DNA from: Clostridia bacterium
GTDB lineage: Bacteria; Bacillota; Clostridia; Oscillospirales; Acutalibacteraceae
Direction of reading: 5' to 3'
NCBI GenBank assembly: GCA_017521125.1
Contig: JAFXDV010000002.1
Location: 25,315 to 89,314, forward strand
Length of the DNA: 64,000 nt
Below the pieces are notes generated by a model. It was not told the DNA's origin. It worked only from the letters and a program-made list of their open reading frames with translations, and searched no databases. Shown in pieces: positions 24,982 through 35,251 of the stretch. How positions within the stretch are numbered: position 1 is the first letter of the stretch; each line of letters opens with the position of its first letter. The position numbers were made by a program, and so were the translations under genes.

Positions 24982-26388
24982 ATGGTTTTTTCTTCTATAG
25001 AATTCCTGTTTTTATATTTGCCGTTCGCCCTTTTAATTTATTTTGTTATTCCTGCAAAGTTTTTAGTCTGGCGCAACGTTGCACTCTTAATACTTAGTCT
25101 CCTTTTTTACGGTTGGAGTGAGCCGCTATACATATTTATAATGTTTTTTTCTATATGCGTAGACTACGTTTGCGGCTATTTGGTATCGAAACATCAGGAC
25201 TCTGAGCCGAAAAAGGCAAAGGGAGCACTAGTTGCAAGTGTTGTTCTTAATTTAAGCGTATTAGGCTTTTTTAAATATTTTGATTTCTTTGTGGTAAATT
25301 TGAGCCGTATACCAATTTTCTCAGGACTAAAGCCCTTAGGAATAACCCTTCCTGTAGGAATTTCCTTTTATACTTTTCAGACGATGTCCTACACTCTTGA
25401 CCTTTATTTAAGAAAGGCAAAGGTTCAAAAAAACATATTTTCTTTCGGCACCTACGTAACAATGTTTCCTCAACTTATTGCAGGACCAATAGTCAGATAT
25501 TGCGACGTAGATGAGGCACTAAGACGCAGAGAGCATAATTTCGAGAGGGCAGCCAGAGGAATCGAAAGATTTATTTGCGGACTTTCAAAAAAGGTACTTC
25601 TTGCCAATACGGCAGGAGTAATGTATGAGCAGATAGTACAGACAGTAGAATCTCAGCCCAATGTTTTATCTGCGTGGACCGCCCTTGGTTTTTATGCTTT
25701 CCAGATATATTTTGATTTTTCAGGTTATTCCGATATGGCAATAGGTCTTGGACTTATTTTAGGCTTTAAGTTCCCTGAAAATTTCAATTACCCCTACATT
25801 TCCAAAAACATAACAGAGTTTTGGAGAAGATGGCACATAACCCTTTCCACCTGGTTTAAGGAGTACGTGTATATTCCCTTAGGGGGAAACCGAAAAACTA
25901 AGTTTAGAACGTTTTTTAATCTTTTTGTTGTATGGTTTTTGACAGGTTTCTGGCACGGAGCTTCCTGGAATTTTGTTTTATGGGGACTGTATTTCTGCTT
26001 GCTCCTTATAATAGAAAAAGCCTTTTTAAATAAAGCTTTGGATAAACTTCCTAAGGCAATTTCGCGTATCTACTTTGTCTTCTTTATACTTATAGGTTGG
26101 TTTATCTTTATCTCTTGCGACCTTGCAGAGCCAATGAGTTTTTTAAAGGCTATGTTTACAGGTCCGTTTATTAGTCAGACTGCAATTTACGATATTATTC
26201 GTTCGGCTTTATTCTTGCCGATTTTGATTTTTGCCTCTACTCCGTATCCTAAAAAGTTATATTCAAGGTTTTGGGATAAAAAAGGCTTTGGCGGGGTAAG
26301 GCTTGTACTGATGATTATAGCTTTTATAATATGCGTTGCATATTTGGTAGATTCGTCATACAACCCATTTTTATATTTTAGATTTTAA
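24982..26388 (+). CDS. MBOAT family O-acyltransferase (AlgI/DltB-like)
   Basis: 468 aa polytopic protein with a WRRWHITLSTWFKEY region and a conserved His (FWHGASW) typical of AlgI/DltB. Confidence 0.9.
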   Translation: MVFSSIEFLFLYLPFALLIYFVIPAKFLVWRNVALLILSLLFYGWSEPLYIFIMFFSICVDYVCGYLVSKHQDSEPKKAKGALVASVVLNLSVLGFFKYFDFFVVNLSRIPIFSGLKPLGITLPVGISFYTFQTMSYTLDLYLRKAKVQKNIFSFGTYVTMFPQLIAGPIVRYCDVDEALRRREHNFERAARGIERFICGLSKKVLLANTAGVMYEQIVQTVESQPNVLSAWTALGFYAFQIYFDFSGYSDMAIGLGLILGFKFPENFNYPYISKNITEFWRRWHITLSTWFKEYVYIPLGGNRKTKFRTFFNLFVVWFLTGFWHGASWNFVLWGLYFCLLLIIEKAFLNKALDKLPKAISRIYFVFFILIGWFIFISCDLAEPMSFLKAMFTGPFISQTAIYDIIRSALFLPILIFASTPYPKKLYSRFWDKKGFGGVRLVLMIIAFIICVAYLVDSSYNPFLYFRF

Positions 26389-26399
26389 GGGAGTTTGTT

Positions 26400-28100
26400 A
26401 TGGAAGAAAACAAAAATAAATTAGAAGAAAATGTAGAAAGAGAAGAAGTGGAAGTTAATTCCGACACCCAGAAACGCAATAAAATCCTTTTAATCACTGC
26501 TATATCTGCAGGGGTGGTTGTTCTTGCCATAATTGTTCTTTTACTTATCAAAGGACTTCCTAAAATAATGGGAGCTGACAAACCGTTGAATCAGGAGCCG
26601 ACTGAAAGTCTTGTTTCCAATGAAGGAATTACAAGTGACCCTCAAGGGTGGGGTTCGCCAACAAACAATTCCGTTCAAGAGGGAACACCTTCAAATAATT
26701 CCCAAGGCTCTCAAAATACCGACTTTTCTCAGACTGGAAACTCTTCGGTTAATTCTCAAGGCTCTCAAAATACCGGCTTTTCTCAGACTGGAAACTCTTC
26801 GGTTAATTCTCAAGGCTCTCAAAATGTAAGCACGCCTGTTTCTTCCCAAAAACAGGAGCCGCAAAAGACTAATGCCAGTGCGACTCCCACCATTACGGCA
26901 ACACGATTTGTTGCGCCCAACATTTGTATAGTTGTGGGTTCTTGCGCAAAAGGGACTGACAGTATTGTTATAACCGGAGATAAAGTTCAACAGACTACGG
27001 TTGTGCCTTATGCGGGAGAGCAAAAAGATTATTTTGTAACACAGGTTCAGTGTACAGGTTCAGGAGAAATAAAGGCTGTGGCTCAAAAAGAGGGGAAGGA
27101 ACCCTCTCAACCGGCAACAAGATATGTTTTCTATGAAAGCGTTACCGAAAACCTTATGACCAAAGATGAATACAGACCTGTTATAGGCAAAAATGGTTTC
27201 GGACATTTTTATAGTGCGTTGGTGGGTTATAGCTGTTCTACTGCGAAATTAGACGCAAGTTTTAAGAATGTGGCAAAAAACAATATAAGCAATATTATAA
27301 ATGCGGCAAAAAGCGTGAATGCAGAGCCCATTTTCCTCATAGTTCCATCCTCTGCCGAAATTTATCCTGAAACTCTCCCTGACGGTTATTCGAAAACAAC
27401 AGGAGAAAGTTTATACAAGGCCTTTTATGATATCGCTACCGATTTAGGCGCAACGGTTATATACCCGATAGACACAATGAAGGCTCATAAAAATGACGGT
27501 GTTGGTTATCAGCTTTATCAACACACCGACTCGCACTGGTCTACGTATGGTGCATATTGGGGAACATACGACCTATTTACTCATATCTCTAAAAAGTTCC
27601 CTGCCGCCAAGCCTCGCACCCTTTCGGAAATGGACTTTTACACCGAGGAGTTTTATGCAGGGGACAATATGTTCAATTTAAGGCTTGACCCCACTAAAAA
27701 TAATCCAACCTTTAAAACTACTGCCACGGGAATGAAGGAGCTTTCAACCCTTTATAGCTTCAGTACATTTGAAAACACATTGAGAGGAGCTTATCATAAT
27801 TTAGGCACCCCCTCTCTTTATCTCTCAGAAGCCAACTCTAAGGCTAGGGTGACCGATAACCCGCAGGGAGAAGGACTTCCTAGTGCAGTAATTATGAGAG
27901 ATTCATTTAGCAAGGTTGCTTTTGATATGGTAAGCGACAGATTTGATAAGGTTTATTGGCAGACCTTTGATAATTACACCCTTCCTACAAGTGATTTAAG
28001 CATAGCTAATGCCGATTATTTGATTTACATGTATTCTGAGCGCAATCTTTTGAAGATTATGCTTAATAATAAGGAAGCAACAATACTTAACCTTAGGTAA
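26400..28100 (+). CDS. Membrane-anchored AlgJ/AlgX-like (DHHW family) putative O-acyltransferase with an S/N/Q/T-rich repeat linker
   Basis: N-terminal TM anchor (ILLITAISAGVVVLAIIVLLLI), a low-complexity linker with 18-aa tandem repeats, and a C-terminal domain with an HTDSHWS Asp-His motif as in AlgJ/AlgX. Confidence 0.75.
   Translation: MEENKNKLEENVEREEVEVNSDTQKRNKILLITAISAGVVVLAIIVLLLIKGLPKIMGADKPLNQEPTESLVSNEGITSDPQGWGSPTNNSVQEGTPSNNSQGSQNTDFSQTGNSSVNSQGSQNTGFSQTGNSSVNSQGSQNVSTPVSSQKQEPQKTNASATPTITATRFVAPNICIVVGSCAKGTDSIVITGDKVQQTTVVPYAGEQKDYFVTQVQCTGSGEIKAVAQKEGKEPSQPATRYVFYESVTENLMTKDEYRPVIGKNGFGHFYSALVGYSCSTAKLDASFKNVAKNNISNIINAAKSVNAEPIFLIVPSSAEIYPETLPDGYSKTTGESLYKAFYDIATDLGATVIYPIDTMKAHKNDGVGYQLYQHTDSHWSTYGAYWGTYDLFTHISKKFPAAKPRTLSEMDFYTEEFYAGDNMFNLRLDPTKNNPTFKTTATGMKELSTLYSFSTFENTLRGAYHNLGTPSLYLSEANSKARVTDNPQGEGLPSAVIMRDSFSKVAFDMVSDRFDKVYWQTFDNYTLPTSDLSIANADYLIYMYSERNLLKIMLNNKEATILNLR
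26697..26826 (+). repeat. 54-bp in-frame tandem repeat, about 2.4 copies
   Basis: Units at 26697-26750 and 26751-26804 differ at 2 positions. A partial third unit starts at 26805. The repeat encodes NSQGSQNT(D/G)FSQTGNSSV. Confidence 0.95.
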
Positions 28101-28103
28101 TTT

Positions 28104-29213
28104 ATGAAGAAAAATTTTGATAAAATTATAACTGTAGTCATTTGCCTTATAGTAATAGCTTTTTGTGTTGGTATGGTGGCAACTCCGGAGAAAGATTTTT
28201 CCCCAATGGAAAACCGAACTCTCACGGTAAAACCGAAGCTAACCTCAAAAAATCTTATTTCAGGCAAGTACACTGCAGATTTAGGTAAATATTTAGCCGA
28301 CCAATTCCCCTTTAGAGACGGCTTTGTCTCAGCCAAAGCTTACTTTGAGCTTTTGCAGGGAAAAGGCGAGAATAACGGCGTAATTTATGCTAAAGGTGGT
28401 CTTTTAATTCCAAAGGCGGAAGCGGATAGTAGTCTTATGGAAGAGAATTTAAGGAGCATAAAGGTTTTTAAGAGTAATATAGAAAAGGACGTTTTGGTGG
28501 CAGCTCTGCCTCGCACAATAGACGTTTTTGAGGAGCTTTTGCCCAAAGGCTATCCAAAAGAGGAGACCCGAAAAATCTGGGCAGAGTATACTGCTCTTAC
28601 AAAGGAATTAGACATAAATTCTGTTAATGTTTATGACCTTCTTTGTGATAGTAACGCTTATTATTCTACCGACCACCATTATACCAGTGAGGGTGCATAT
28701 TTGACCTACCGCCAACTGCAAAATGAGCTAAATTACACTCCAAAAGAAAAAGATTTCTTTAAAATAGAAAAGGTGGCCGACGATTTTTGCGGTACGGCTA
28801 TGAGAACCTCAGGCTTCTATTTGACACAAAGAGACAGTATAGAGCTCTACAGATATGAGGGCGACACCGAATATACTGTTATAGCAGACGAGAAGCAAAT
28901 TTCCCTTTATGATATGGGAAAGCTTGTTTCTGCCGATAAGTATGGGGTTTTCCTTGGGGGCAATCACGCACGTGTGGATATTACTGCAAAGGGTAAGGCT
29001 AGACCCCGACTTTTAATTGTGCGAGATAGCTTTGCAGACAGTCTTGTGCCTTTCCTGGCTATTCACTATGATATTACCCTTATTGATTTAAGGTATTTTA
29101 AAAGTAGCGTTGCCCAACTTGTAAAAAGTGGGGGGTATGATAAGGTGTTAGTCCTCCTGAATATAAGCGAACTAGCAACAAGCAAAAATCTTTCCTATTT
29201 GCAAATGCCATAA
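28104..29213 (+). CDS. DHHW family protein (AlgJ/AlgX-like SGNH-type putative O-acyltransferase)
   Basis: N-terminal TM anchor, a YYSTDHHYTSEGAY motif, and a later RDSFADSL motif. It is the second paralogue, directly after the first with a 3-nt gap. Confidence 0.8.
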   Translation: MKKNFDKIITVVICLIVIAFCVGMVATPEKDFSPMENRTLTVKPKLTSKNLISGKYTADLGKYLADQFPFRDGFVSAKAYFELLQGKGENNGVIYAKGGLLIPKAEADSSLMEENLRSIKVFKSNIEKDVLVAALPRTIDVFEELLPKGYPKEETRKIWAEYTALTKELDINSVNVYDLLCDSNAYYSTDHHYTSEGAYLTYRQLQNELNYTPKEKDFFKIEKVADDFCGTAMRTSGFYLTQRDSIELYRYEGDTEYTVIADEKQISLYDMGKLVSADKYGVFLGGNHARVDITAKGKARPRLLIVRDSFADSLVPFLAIHYDITLIDLRYFKSSVAQLVKSGGYDKVLVLLNISELATSKNLSYLQMP

Positions 29214-29223
29214 GGAGAAGCGT

Positions 29224-29736
29224 ATGAAAAAGATAATTTCATTATTTTTAATTAGTGCTATATTTATGACCTTTGTTTCCTGCGGGTCAAAAAAATCTTT
29301 GCCGCAAGATACAAGCTGTGAAGCCATTTTAACTGCAATAGAGCAGGTGATAGATATGCCGAAATACGAAAAGTTATATCTTAAAAGTGAGGACAACTTC
29401 GATTCCTATTCTATGTCTTTGTGGCGTGATGCCGCCTTTTCAGATTTCGACCAAAGCCATATTATAGAAGACTACGCCATCTTTTTAGGCGAAGGAGTAG
29501 AAACCTTTGAGATAGCCATACTAAAATTTTCTGACTCTACCGACAAAGCCACAAAAGAGGAAATATTTGAAAAAAGAAAAAAGACGTTGGCCGCCGGAGA
29601 CAAGGGTGCTTATGACCCAAATTTTGAAAACACTATGAATAATGCGGTCGTTCATATTGACGGCAATTTTGCAATTATGCTTATCACAAAAGATAATGAC
29701 AAAGCCTTAGAGGCTATAGAAAATTTAAAGAAATAA
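29224..29736 (+). CDS. Small lipoprotein (DUF4358-like) associated with the MBOAT/DHHW genes
   Basis: Signal peptide with lipobox FVSCGS; SD TAAGGAGAAG; 170 aa. The family assignment is from memory of typical neighbourhoods only. Confidence 0.6.
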   Translation: MKKIISLFLISAIFMTFVSCGSKKSLPQDTSCEAILTAIEQVIDMPKYEKLYLKSEDNFDSYSMSLWRDAAFSDFDQSHIIEDYAIFLGEGVETFEIAILKFSDSTDKATKEEIFEKRKKTLAAGDKGAYDPNFENTMNNAVVHIDGNFAIMLITKDNDKALEAIENLKK

Positions 29737-29764
29737 AAAACCGCTCATACGAGCGGTTTTTTTT
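29735..29764. terminator. Bidirectional terminator between the lipoprotein gene and dnaJ
   Basis: AAAAAA-CCGCTC-ATAC-GAGCGG-TTTTTTTT. Confidence 0.85.
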
Positions 29765-30914
29765 AATCGAATAAATCTTTTACCTTATCAAAGAAAGATT
29801 TATTTTTCTTATAGTTTTTATCGTTTGTTTTAGCATCGAACTCTTTAAGTATTTGTTTTTGTTCCTTAGATAAATCTTTAGGAATTTCCACTAAAATCTT
29901 AACGTATTGGTCGCCCTTGCCTGAGTAGTTAAGGCGCTTGATACCCTTGTCACGAAGTTTGAACATATCTCCTGCTTGGGTGCCCTCGTGTATGTTGAGT
30001 TTTACCTTACCGTCTAAGGTTGGAACGGTAATTTCGGCGCCAAGAGTCGCTTGAACAAAAGTCACGGGAATTTCACAGTAAACATCATAGCCCTGTCTTT
30101 CAAAGATGGGGTGGGGTCTTATATTAACCTCAACAATAAGGTTGCCGTTGGGGCCTCCGTTTAAGCCACAGTTGCCCTCACCTGAAAGTCTGAAAGCCTG
30201 ACCGTCATCAATACCTGCAGGAATTTCCACTGTTTTTTCACTTGTTCTGCGAACGAGTCCTTTGCCACCGCAGGTGCCGCAAGGATTTGGTATGACTTTA
30301 CCTTTGCCGCCGCAAGCGTCACAGGCTCGACTGGTCTGAACAACACCAAAGGGTGTTCTTTGGGTAACGTTGACCTGACCTCGTCCTTGACAGGTAGAGC
30401 AGGTTGTGGCAGAGGTGCCTTTCTTAGCGCCACTACCTTCACATTCAGAGCATTTTTCAATTCTCGTTACCTTGATGGTCTTCTTGCAACCCTTTGCCGC
30501 TTCCTCAAAGGAAATGGTAACGCTTGACTCTACATCTGAGCCTCGTCTTGGAGCGTTAGGGTTACTGCGTGAGCCGCCACCAAAGCCACCGCCGAACATA
30601 GAGCCGAAGATGTCTCCAAGGTCGCCGAAATCAAAGCCACCGAAACCGCCACCAAAACCACCGGCACCACCGGGGTTAAAGTTAGGGTCTACACCTGCGT
30701 GACCGAATTGGTCGTAGCGGGAGCGTTTGTCTTTATCAGACAAAACCTCGTAGGCTTCGTTGACCTCTTTAAATTTTTTCTCTGCCTCGGCATCTCCGGG
30801 ATGGAGGTCGGGGTGGTAAAGCTTAGCCTTTTTTCTGTAGGCTTTTTTAAGGTCGTCATCGCTGATGTTTTTATCAACGCCTAATACCTCATAATAATCT
30901 CTTTTATCTGCCAC
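29763..30914 (-). CDS. dnaJ: Molecular chaperone DnaJ
   Basis: J-domain with HPD (YHPDLHP), a G/F-rich region, and four CxxCxGxG zinc-finger repeats. Confidence 0.97.
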   Translation of the reverse strand: MADKRDYYEVLGVDKNISDDDLKKAYRKKAKLYHPDLHPGDAEAEKKFKEVNEAYEVLSDKDKRSRYDQFGHAGVDPNFNPGGAGGFGGGFGGFDFGDLGDIFGSMFGGGFGGGSRSNPNAPRRGSDVESSVTISFEEAAKGCKKTIKVTRIEKCSECEGSGAKKGTSATTCSTCQGRGQVNVTQRTPFGVVQTSRACDACGGKGKVIPNPCGTCGGKGLVRRTSEKTVEIPAGIDDGQAFRLSGEGNCGLNGGPNGNLIVEVNIRPHPIFERQGYDVYCEIPVTFVQATLGAEITVPTLDGKVKLNIHEGTQAGDMFKLRDKGIKRLNYSGKGDQYVKILVEIPKDLSKEQKQILKEFDAKTNDKNYKKNKSFFDKVKDLFD

Positions 30915-30976
30915 GGAATTTCTCCTCGTATGTTTTAAAGGGAGCGGAGTTTAATCTCCGCTCCTTCTTTATTTAA

Positions 30977-32812
30977 TTATTTATTGGTGTCGTCTACGTC
31001 GGTGTAGTCGGCATCGTAAACTTCAGGACCTGCCTGAGCGTTGCCCTGAGCCTCGCCGTTTTGAGCGGCCTGAGCTTCGGCAGCAGCCTTATAAACCTTT
31101 TCGCTTACAGCGTAGATTTCCTTTTGAAGTTCCTCTTGCTTTGTTTTGATAGCCTCAATATCCTCGCCCTTTAAAGCTTCCTGTAAAGCTTCCTTAGCGG
31201 CGTTGATTTTAGCCTTTTCATCATCGCTTAGCTTATCGCCAAACTCGTTAACTGTTTTTTCAGTCTGATAAACCATCTGGTCTGCGTTGTTTCTAACGTC
31301 AACCTCTTCACGACGCTTTTTGTCCTCTGCGGCGTACTGTTCGGCTTCCTTTACTGCCTTTTCAATATCGTCCTTAGACATATTGGTATTAGAGGTAATT
31401 GTGATAGACTGTTCTTTTCCTGTGCCAAGGTCCTTTGCAGAAACGTGAACGATGCCGTTAGCGTCAATGTCAAAGGTTACCTCAATCTGAGGAATTCCAC
31501 GGGGTGCAGGTGCGATTCCGTCAAGATGGAATACGCCAAGAGTTTTGTTGTCTCTTGCGAATTCACGCTCACCTTGTAGAACGTGTACTTCAACAGAGGT
31601 CTGACCGTCGGCTGCAGTTGAGAAGATTTGGCTCTTCTTTGCAGGAATGGTGGTATTTCTGTCAATAACCTTTGTGGAAACTCCACCCATTGTCTCGATA
31701 CCGAGAGAAAGAGGGGTAACGTCAAGAAGGAGAAGGCCCTTAACGTCTCCGCCGAGAACACCGCCCTGAAGTGCAGCACCTAAAGCTACGCACTCGTCAG
31801 GGTTAATGCCCTTGAAGGGCTCTTTGCCAATAAAGTTTTTAACTGCTTCCTGAACTGCAGGAATACGGCTTGAACCACCAACCATAAGAACCTTGCCAAT
31901 TTCACTTGCTTTAAGACCTGAGTCTGCAAGTGCCTGTCTTACAGGACCCATAGTAGCTTCTACAAGGTCACCTGTAAGCTCGTTGAACTTAGCTCTTGTA
32001 AGGGTTGCTTCATAGTGCTTAGGACCGGTTGCATCTGCGGTGATGAAAGGAAGGTTAATATCGGTTGAAGTCATACCTGAAAGGTCAATTTTAGCCTTTT
32101 CTGCCGCTTCCTTAACACGCTGCATAGCCATCTTATCTGCAGATAAATCAATTCCGTTATCTGCTTTAAAGCCTGCAACGATCCAATCCATAATTCTCTT
32201 ATCGAAGTCGTCACCGCCAAGACGGTTATTACCTGCGGTAGCAAGAACCTCCTGAACGCCGTCGCCCATTTCGATAATAGATACGTCGAAGGTACCGCCA
32301 CCAAGGTCATAAACCATAACCTTCTGGTCTTCTTCCTTATCAATGGAATAAGCAAGAGCTGCTGCGGTAGGCTCGTTGATAATTCTCTTAACCTCAAGGC
32401 CTGCAATTCTACCTGCGTCCTTGGTTGCCTGACGCTGAGCGTCGGTAAAGTAAGCAGGAACGGTAATTACTGCTTCGCTAACAGTAGTACCGAGATAAGC
32501 CTCTGCATCTGCCTTAAGCTTTTGTAGGATAATAGCAGAAATCTCCTGAGGAGTGTATTTCTTGTCATCAATAGCTACTGTGTAATCAGAGCCCATCTCT
32601 CTTTTGATAGAGATGATTGTGCGGTCGGGGTTAGTGATAGCCTGACGCTTTGCAACCTGACCTACCATTCGCTCTCCTGTCTTAGAAAAAGCTACAACGC
32701 TAGGGGTTGTTCTTCCGCCCTCTGCGTTTGCGATAACAACTGCCTCGCCGCCTTCCATAACGGCAACGCATGAGTTTGTTGTTCCAAGGTCAATACCAAT
32801 AATTTTTCCCAT
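30977..32812 (-). CDS. dnaK: Molecular chaperone DnaK (Hsp70)
   Basis: [17 protein letters not shown] and other Hsp70 signatures; 611 aa. Confidence 0.98.
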   Translation of the reverse strand: MGKIIGIDLGTTNSCVAVMEGGEAVVIANAEGGRTTPSVVAFSKTGERMVGQVAKRQAITNPDRTIISIKREMGSDYTVAIDDKKYTPQEISAIILQKLKADAEAYLGTTVSEAVITVPAYFTDAQRQATKDAGRIAGLEVKRIINEPTAAALAYSIDKEEDQKVMVYDLGGGTFDVSIIEMGDGVQEVLATAGNNRLGGDDFDKRIMDWIVAGFKADNGIDLSADKMAMQRVKEAAEKAKIDLSGMTSTDINLPFITADATGPKHYEATLTRAKFNELTGDLVEATMGPVRQALADSGLKASEIGKVLMVGGSSRIPAVQEAVKNFIGKEPFKGINPDECVALGAALQGGVLGGDVKGLLLLDVTPLSLGIETMGGVSTKVIDRNTTIPAKKSQIFSTAADGQTSVEVHVLQGEREFARDNKTLGVFHLDGIAPAPRGIPQIEVTFDIDANGIVHVSAKDLGTGKEQSITITSNTNMSKDDIEKAVKEAEQYAAEDKKRREEVDVRNNADQMVYQTEKTVNEFGDKLSDDEKAKINAAKEALQEALKGEDIEAIKTKQEELQKEIYAVSEKVYKAAAEAQAAQNGEAQGNAQAGPEVYDADYTDVDDTNK

Positions 32813-32855
32813 AATAAAAATCCTCCAAATATATAAATGTTTATTTTAAATGATT

Positions 32856-33392
32856 TTAGTTTGCTACCTGAACCATAGCAGGTCTTACAACCGTATCACC
32901 TAATTTATAGCCCTTTTGCAGCACTTGTGCTACTGTGTTTTCTCCTAAGTTTTCATCCTCGATGTGCATTATCGCTTCGTGAATGTTGGGGTCAAAGGCT
33001 TCTCCAACCTCGCCTATAACCTTAAGACCTAATTTATCAGAAAGCTCTAAAAGAAGCTTTACTATCATTTCAATTCCCTTGTTGTACTGCTCTGAGCCGT
33101 GCTCAAATTCTGCCGCACGGTCTGAGTTGTCAAGTATGGGTAGAAGTTGCTTGCACATAGATGCTTTTGCATACTCCGCAATAGTTAACTTTTCTTTTTC
33201 TGTGCGCTTTTTGTAGTTATCAAACTCTGCCGCAGTGCGAAGAAGCAGGTCTTCCTTTGCTTTAAGCTCCTCAGTTAGTTTTTCTATCTCAGCCTTTAGT
33301 TTTTCGGTTTCGTTGTTCTTTTTAGGTTTTGCAGCTTTTTTAGCAGGCTCTTTTACTTCTTCCTCTGTTTGAGGGGTCTTTTCTTCTGCCAT
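32856..33392 (-). CDS. grpE: Nucleotide exchange factor GrpE
   Basis: Coiled-coil N-terminus plus a C-terminal GrpE beta domain (..VLQKGYKLGDTVVRPAMV). It lies between hrcA and dnaK. Confidence 0.95.
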   Translation of the reverse strand: MAEEKTPQTEEEVKEPAKKAAKPKKNNETEKLKAEIEKLTEELKAKEDLLLRTAAEFDNYKKRTEKEKLTIAEYAKASMCKQLLPILDNSDRAAEFEHGSEQYNKGIEMIVKLLLELSDKLGLKVIGEVGEAFDPNIHEAIMHIEDENLGENTVAQVLQKGYKLGDTVVRPAMVQVAN

Positions 33393-33395
33393 TTT

Positions 33396-34427
33396 CTATT
33401 CCTCCAATCCTTTAAGCACCTCGGTCATTATGTTGCCGATTTTATTTGATAAATATTCAATGCTTGGCAAAATTTTCTCGTAAGACATTCTTGTTGGTCC
33501 TATGACCGCCAGTCTGCCAAGCTCCTCGCTTCCGCCGTAGGAAGCAACAATCATACCGGTAGGTTTTAATTCGGTGTAAGCGGTATCATCTCCAAAAATT
33601 ATTCCTACAGGGTCAGAGAGGGAGCTTAATATTTTGCGCATAGCCTCTCTTTCACTGAGCAGTTCAATAATTCTTCTTGCCTGGGCTTCTCCCTGACAAA
33701 GAGAAAAAATATTTGCCGCACCGTTTAAGCAGATGTCATTTTTGCTGATGTCCGACGCCATTTCAAAGGCACATGCGATAAAGGGCGCAAGGCTTAATGC
33801 GTCTAACCCCGACAAAGCAACTACACCTTGTAAATATGCAGTGTCAAGCTTAGAAATTCCAACGCCGCAAATTTTGTCTGCTGCAATATTATCAAATTTT
33901 GTTAGCAGGGATGGCGTGATAGGGGTAGAACTATGGATAAATCTGCTTCTTGCTCTGCCGTCATCGGTTATAACGAAAACTATGGCAGAGGTTTTTCCCA
34001 TTGGGAAGAGGGTTACCCTTTTAAGCACAACCTCTTTTTTTGTGCTTGCCACCGAAATTGAGGGGAGTCCTGTAAGCTCTGTGAGTATCTGAGCCGCCTT
34101 CATACCGATATTTTCAGGGTCGGGGTTTACACGGCTTAGCATATCGTCGATTACCTGTTTTCCCTCTTCGGAAATCGAGCCTTTGTCCATAAGCTCGGTC
34201 ACATATAATCTATACGCTTTGGCAGTAGGAATTCTGCCTGCTGAGGTGTGAGGCTGTTCTAAAAAACCTAATTCGCAAAGATCACTCATCTCATTTCTAA
34301 GGGTTGCGGATGAGGGGGAGTTTTCAAGCCTTTCGGCAAGAAGCTTGGAGCCGATAGGTTCGCCATATTCAATATGTGCCTTTACAAGCTCGGCGATAAT
34401 CGCTTTTTTTCTTGGCGACAACTCCAT
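33396..34427 (-). CDS. hrcA: Heat-inducible transcription repressor HrcA
   Basis: N-terminal winged helix (EPIGSKLL..SSATLRNEMSDLE), 343 aa, with a CIRCE operator upstream. Confidence 0.95.
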   Translation of the reverse strand: MELSPRKKAIIAELVKAHIEYGEPIGSKLLAERLENSPSSATLRNEMSDLCELGFLEQPHTSAGRIPTAKAYRLYVTELMDKGSISEEGKQVIDDMLSRVNPDPENIGMKAAQILTELTGLPSISVASTKKEVVLKRVTLFPMGKTSAIVFVITDDGRARSRFIHSSTPITPSLLTKFDNIAADKICGVGISKLDTAYLQGVVALSGLDALSLAPFIACAFEMASDISKNDICLNGAANIFSLCQGEAQARRIIELLSEREAMRKILSSLSDPVGIIFGDDTAYTELKPTGMIVASYGGSEELGRLAVIGPTRMSYEKILPSIEYLSNKIGNIMTEVLKGLEE

Positions 34428-34449
34428 TTGTTTCCCTCCCTTTTTAGAA

Positions 34450-34476
34450 TTAGCACTCTAACACGTCGAGTGCTAA
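34450..34476. promoter_or_regulatory. CIRCE operator (HrcA binding site), perfect consensus
   Basis: TTAGCACTC-N9-GAGTGCTAA at 34450-34476, between the hrcA start codon and its promoter. Confidence 0.95.
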
Positions 34477-34483
34477 CATCTAT

Positions 34484-34512
34484 AATTTACCACCTGCAGA
34501 GCGGTTTGTCAA
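34484..34512 (-). promoter_or_regulatory. Sigma-A promoter of the hrcA-grpE-dnaK-dnaJ operon
   Basis: On the minus strand: TTGACA (34512-34507), a 17-nt spacer, then TAAATT (34489-34484), directly upstream of CIRCE. Confidence 0.65.
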
Positions 34513-34586
34513 TAGGAAAATATGAAAAATCTGTAAATTTTTTTGACTTTCCCTGACCTTTGAAAACAAGGGGTGGTTTTTTATAC

Positions 34587-34615
34587 TTGACAAGAAGGTG
34601 TTTTATATATATAAT
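34587..34615 (+). promoter_or_regulatory. Sigma-A promoter of greA
   Basis: TTGACA (34587-34592), a 17-nt spacer, then TATAAT (34610-34615). A roughly 100-nt leader follows, with the hairpin GATTAG..CTAATC. Confidence 0.65.
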
Positions 34616-34716
34616 GAGTTAAGTTGATTAGTGGGAACTAATCGATTTTAATTTATGAATTATTAAAGACAAACTGCATATTATTAATTAAAAAGTCAGA
34701 TTAGGAGATTAATATA

Positions 34717-35190
34717 ATGGCTAAAGTAATTCAGTTAACCAAAGCAGGTCTTGAAAAGCTCCAGAACGAGCTTGAGCAGTTAAAAACTGTAGGCAGAACC
34801 GAGATTGCTGATAAAATTCGAGTAGCAAGAGGCTACGGAGATCTTTCTGAAAACAGTGAGTACGATGAGGCTAAAAACGAGCAGGCTAAAATAGAGGCAA
34901 GAATAGTTGAACTTGAAAAAATGTTGGAAAACGTTTCTATTATAGCTGATGAAAACATAAACACTGATGTCGTTACATTAGGTGTTAACGTTGTTGTTCT
35001 CGATGTTGAATATGACGAAGAGTTAACTTATCGCATCGTAGGTTCGGCAGAAGCTAACCCAATGCAGGGTTATCTTTCGGATGACTCTCCGGTAGGAAAA
35101 GCATTGCTCGGTGCTAAGGTTGGCGATGAGGTTGTAGCAGCAACCCCAACAGGAGAACTTAAATTCAAGATTATATCCATTTCAAAATAG
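34717..35190 (+). CDS. greA: Transcription elongation factor GreA
   Basis: 157 aa. Coiled-coil N-terminus with GDLSENSEYDEAK, plus a C-terminal FKBP-like domain. Confidence 0.95.
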   Translation: MAKVIQLTKAGLEKLQNELEQLKTVGRTEIADKIRVARGYGDLSENSEYDEAKNEQAKIEARIVELEKMLENVSIIADENINTDVVTLGVNVVVLDVEYDEELTYRIVGSAEANPMQGYLSDDSPVGKALLGAKVGDEVVAATPTGELKFKIISISK

Positions 35191-35197
35191 TTCTTTT

Positions 35198-35230
35198 AGC
35201 ACGGACAGTTCTCCTGTCCGTGCTTGTTGT
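35198..35230 (+). terminator. Terminator after greA
   Basis: AGCACGGACAG (35198-35208) pairs with CTGTCCGTGCT (35214-35224), followed by TGTTGT. Confidence 0.7.
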
Positions 35231-35251
35231 ATTATGAAAGGAACCTGAAAC

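Noticed and set aside
26611-27023. Listed ORFs 26611..26829 (+) and 26691..27023 (-), which show repetitive peptide sequences.
   Set aside because: They are alternative-frame or antisense readings of the 54-bp tandem repeat inside the 26400..28100 gene. They are repeat artefacts, not genes.
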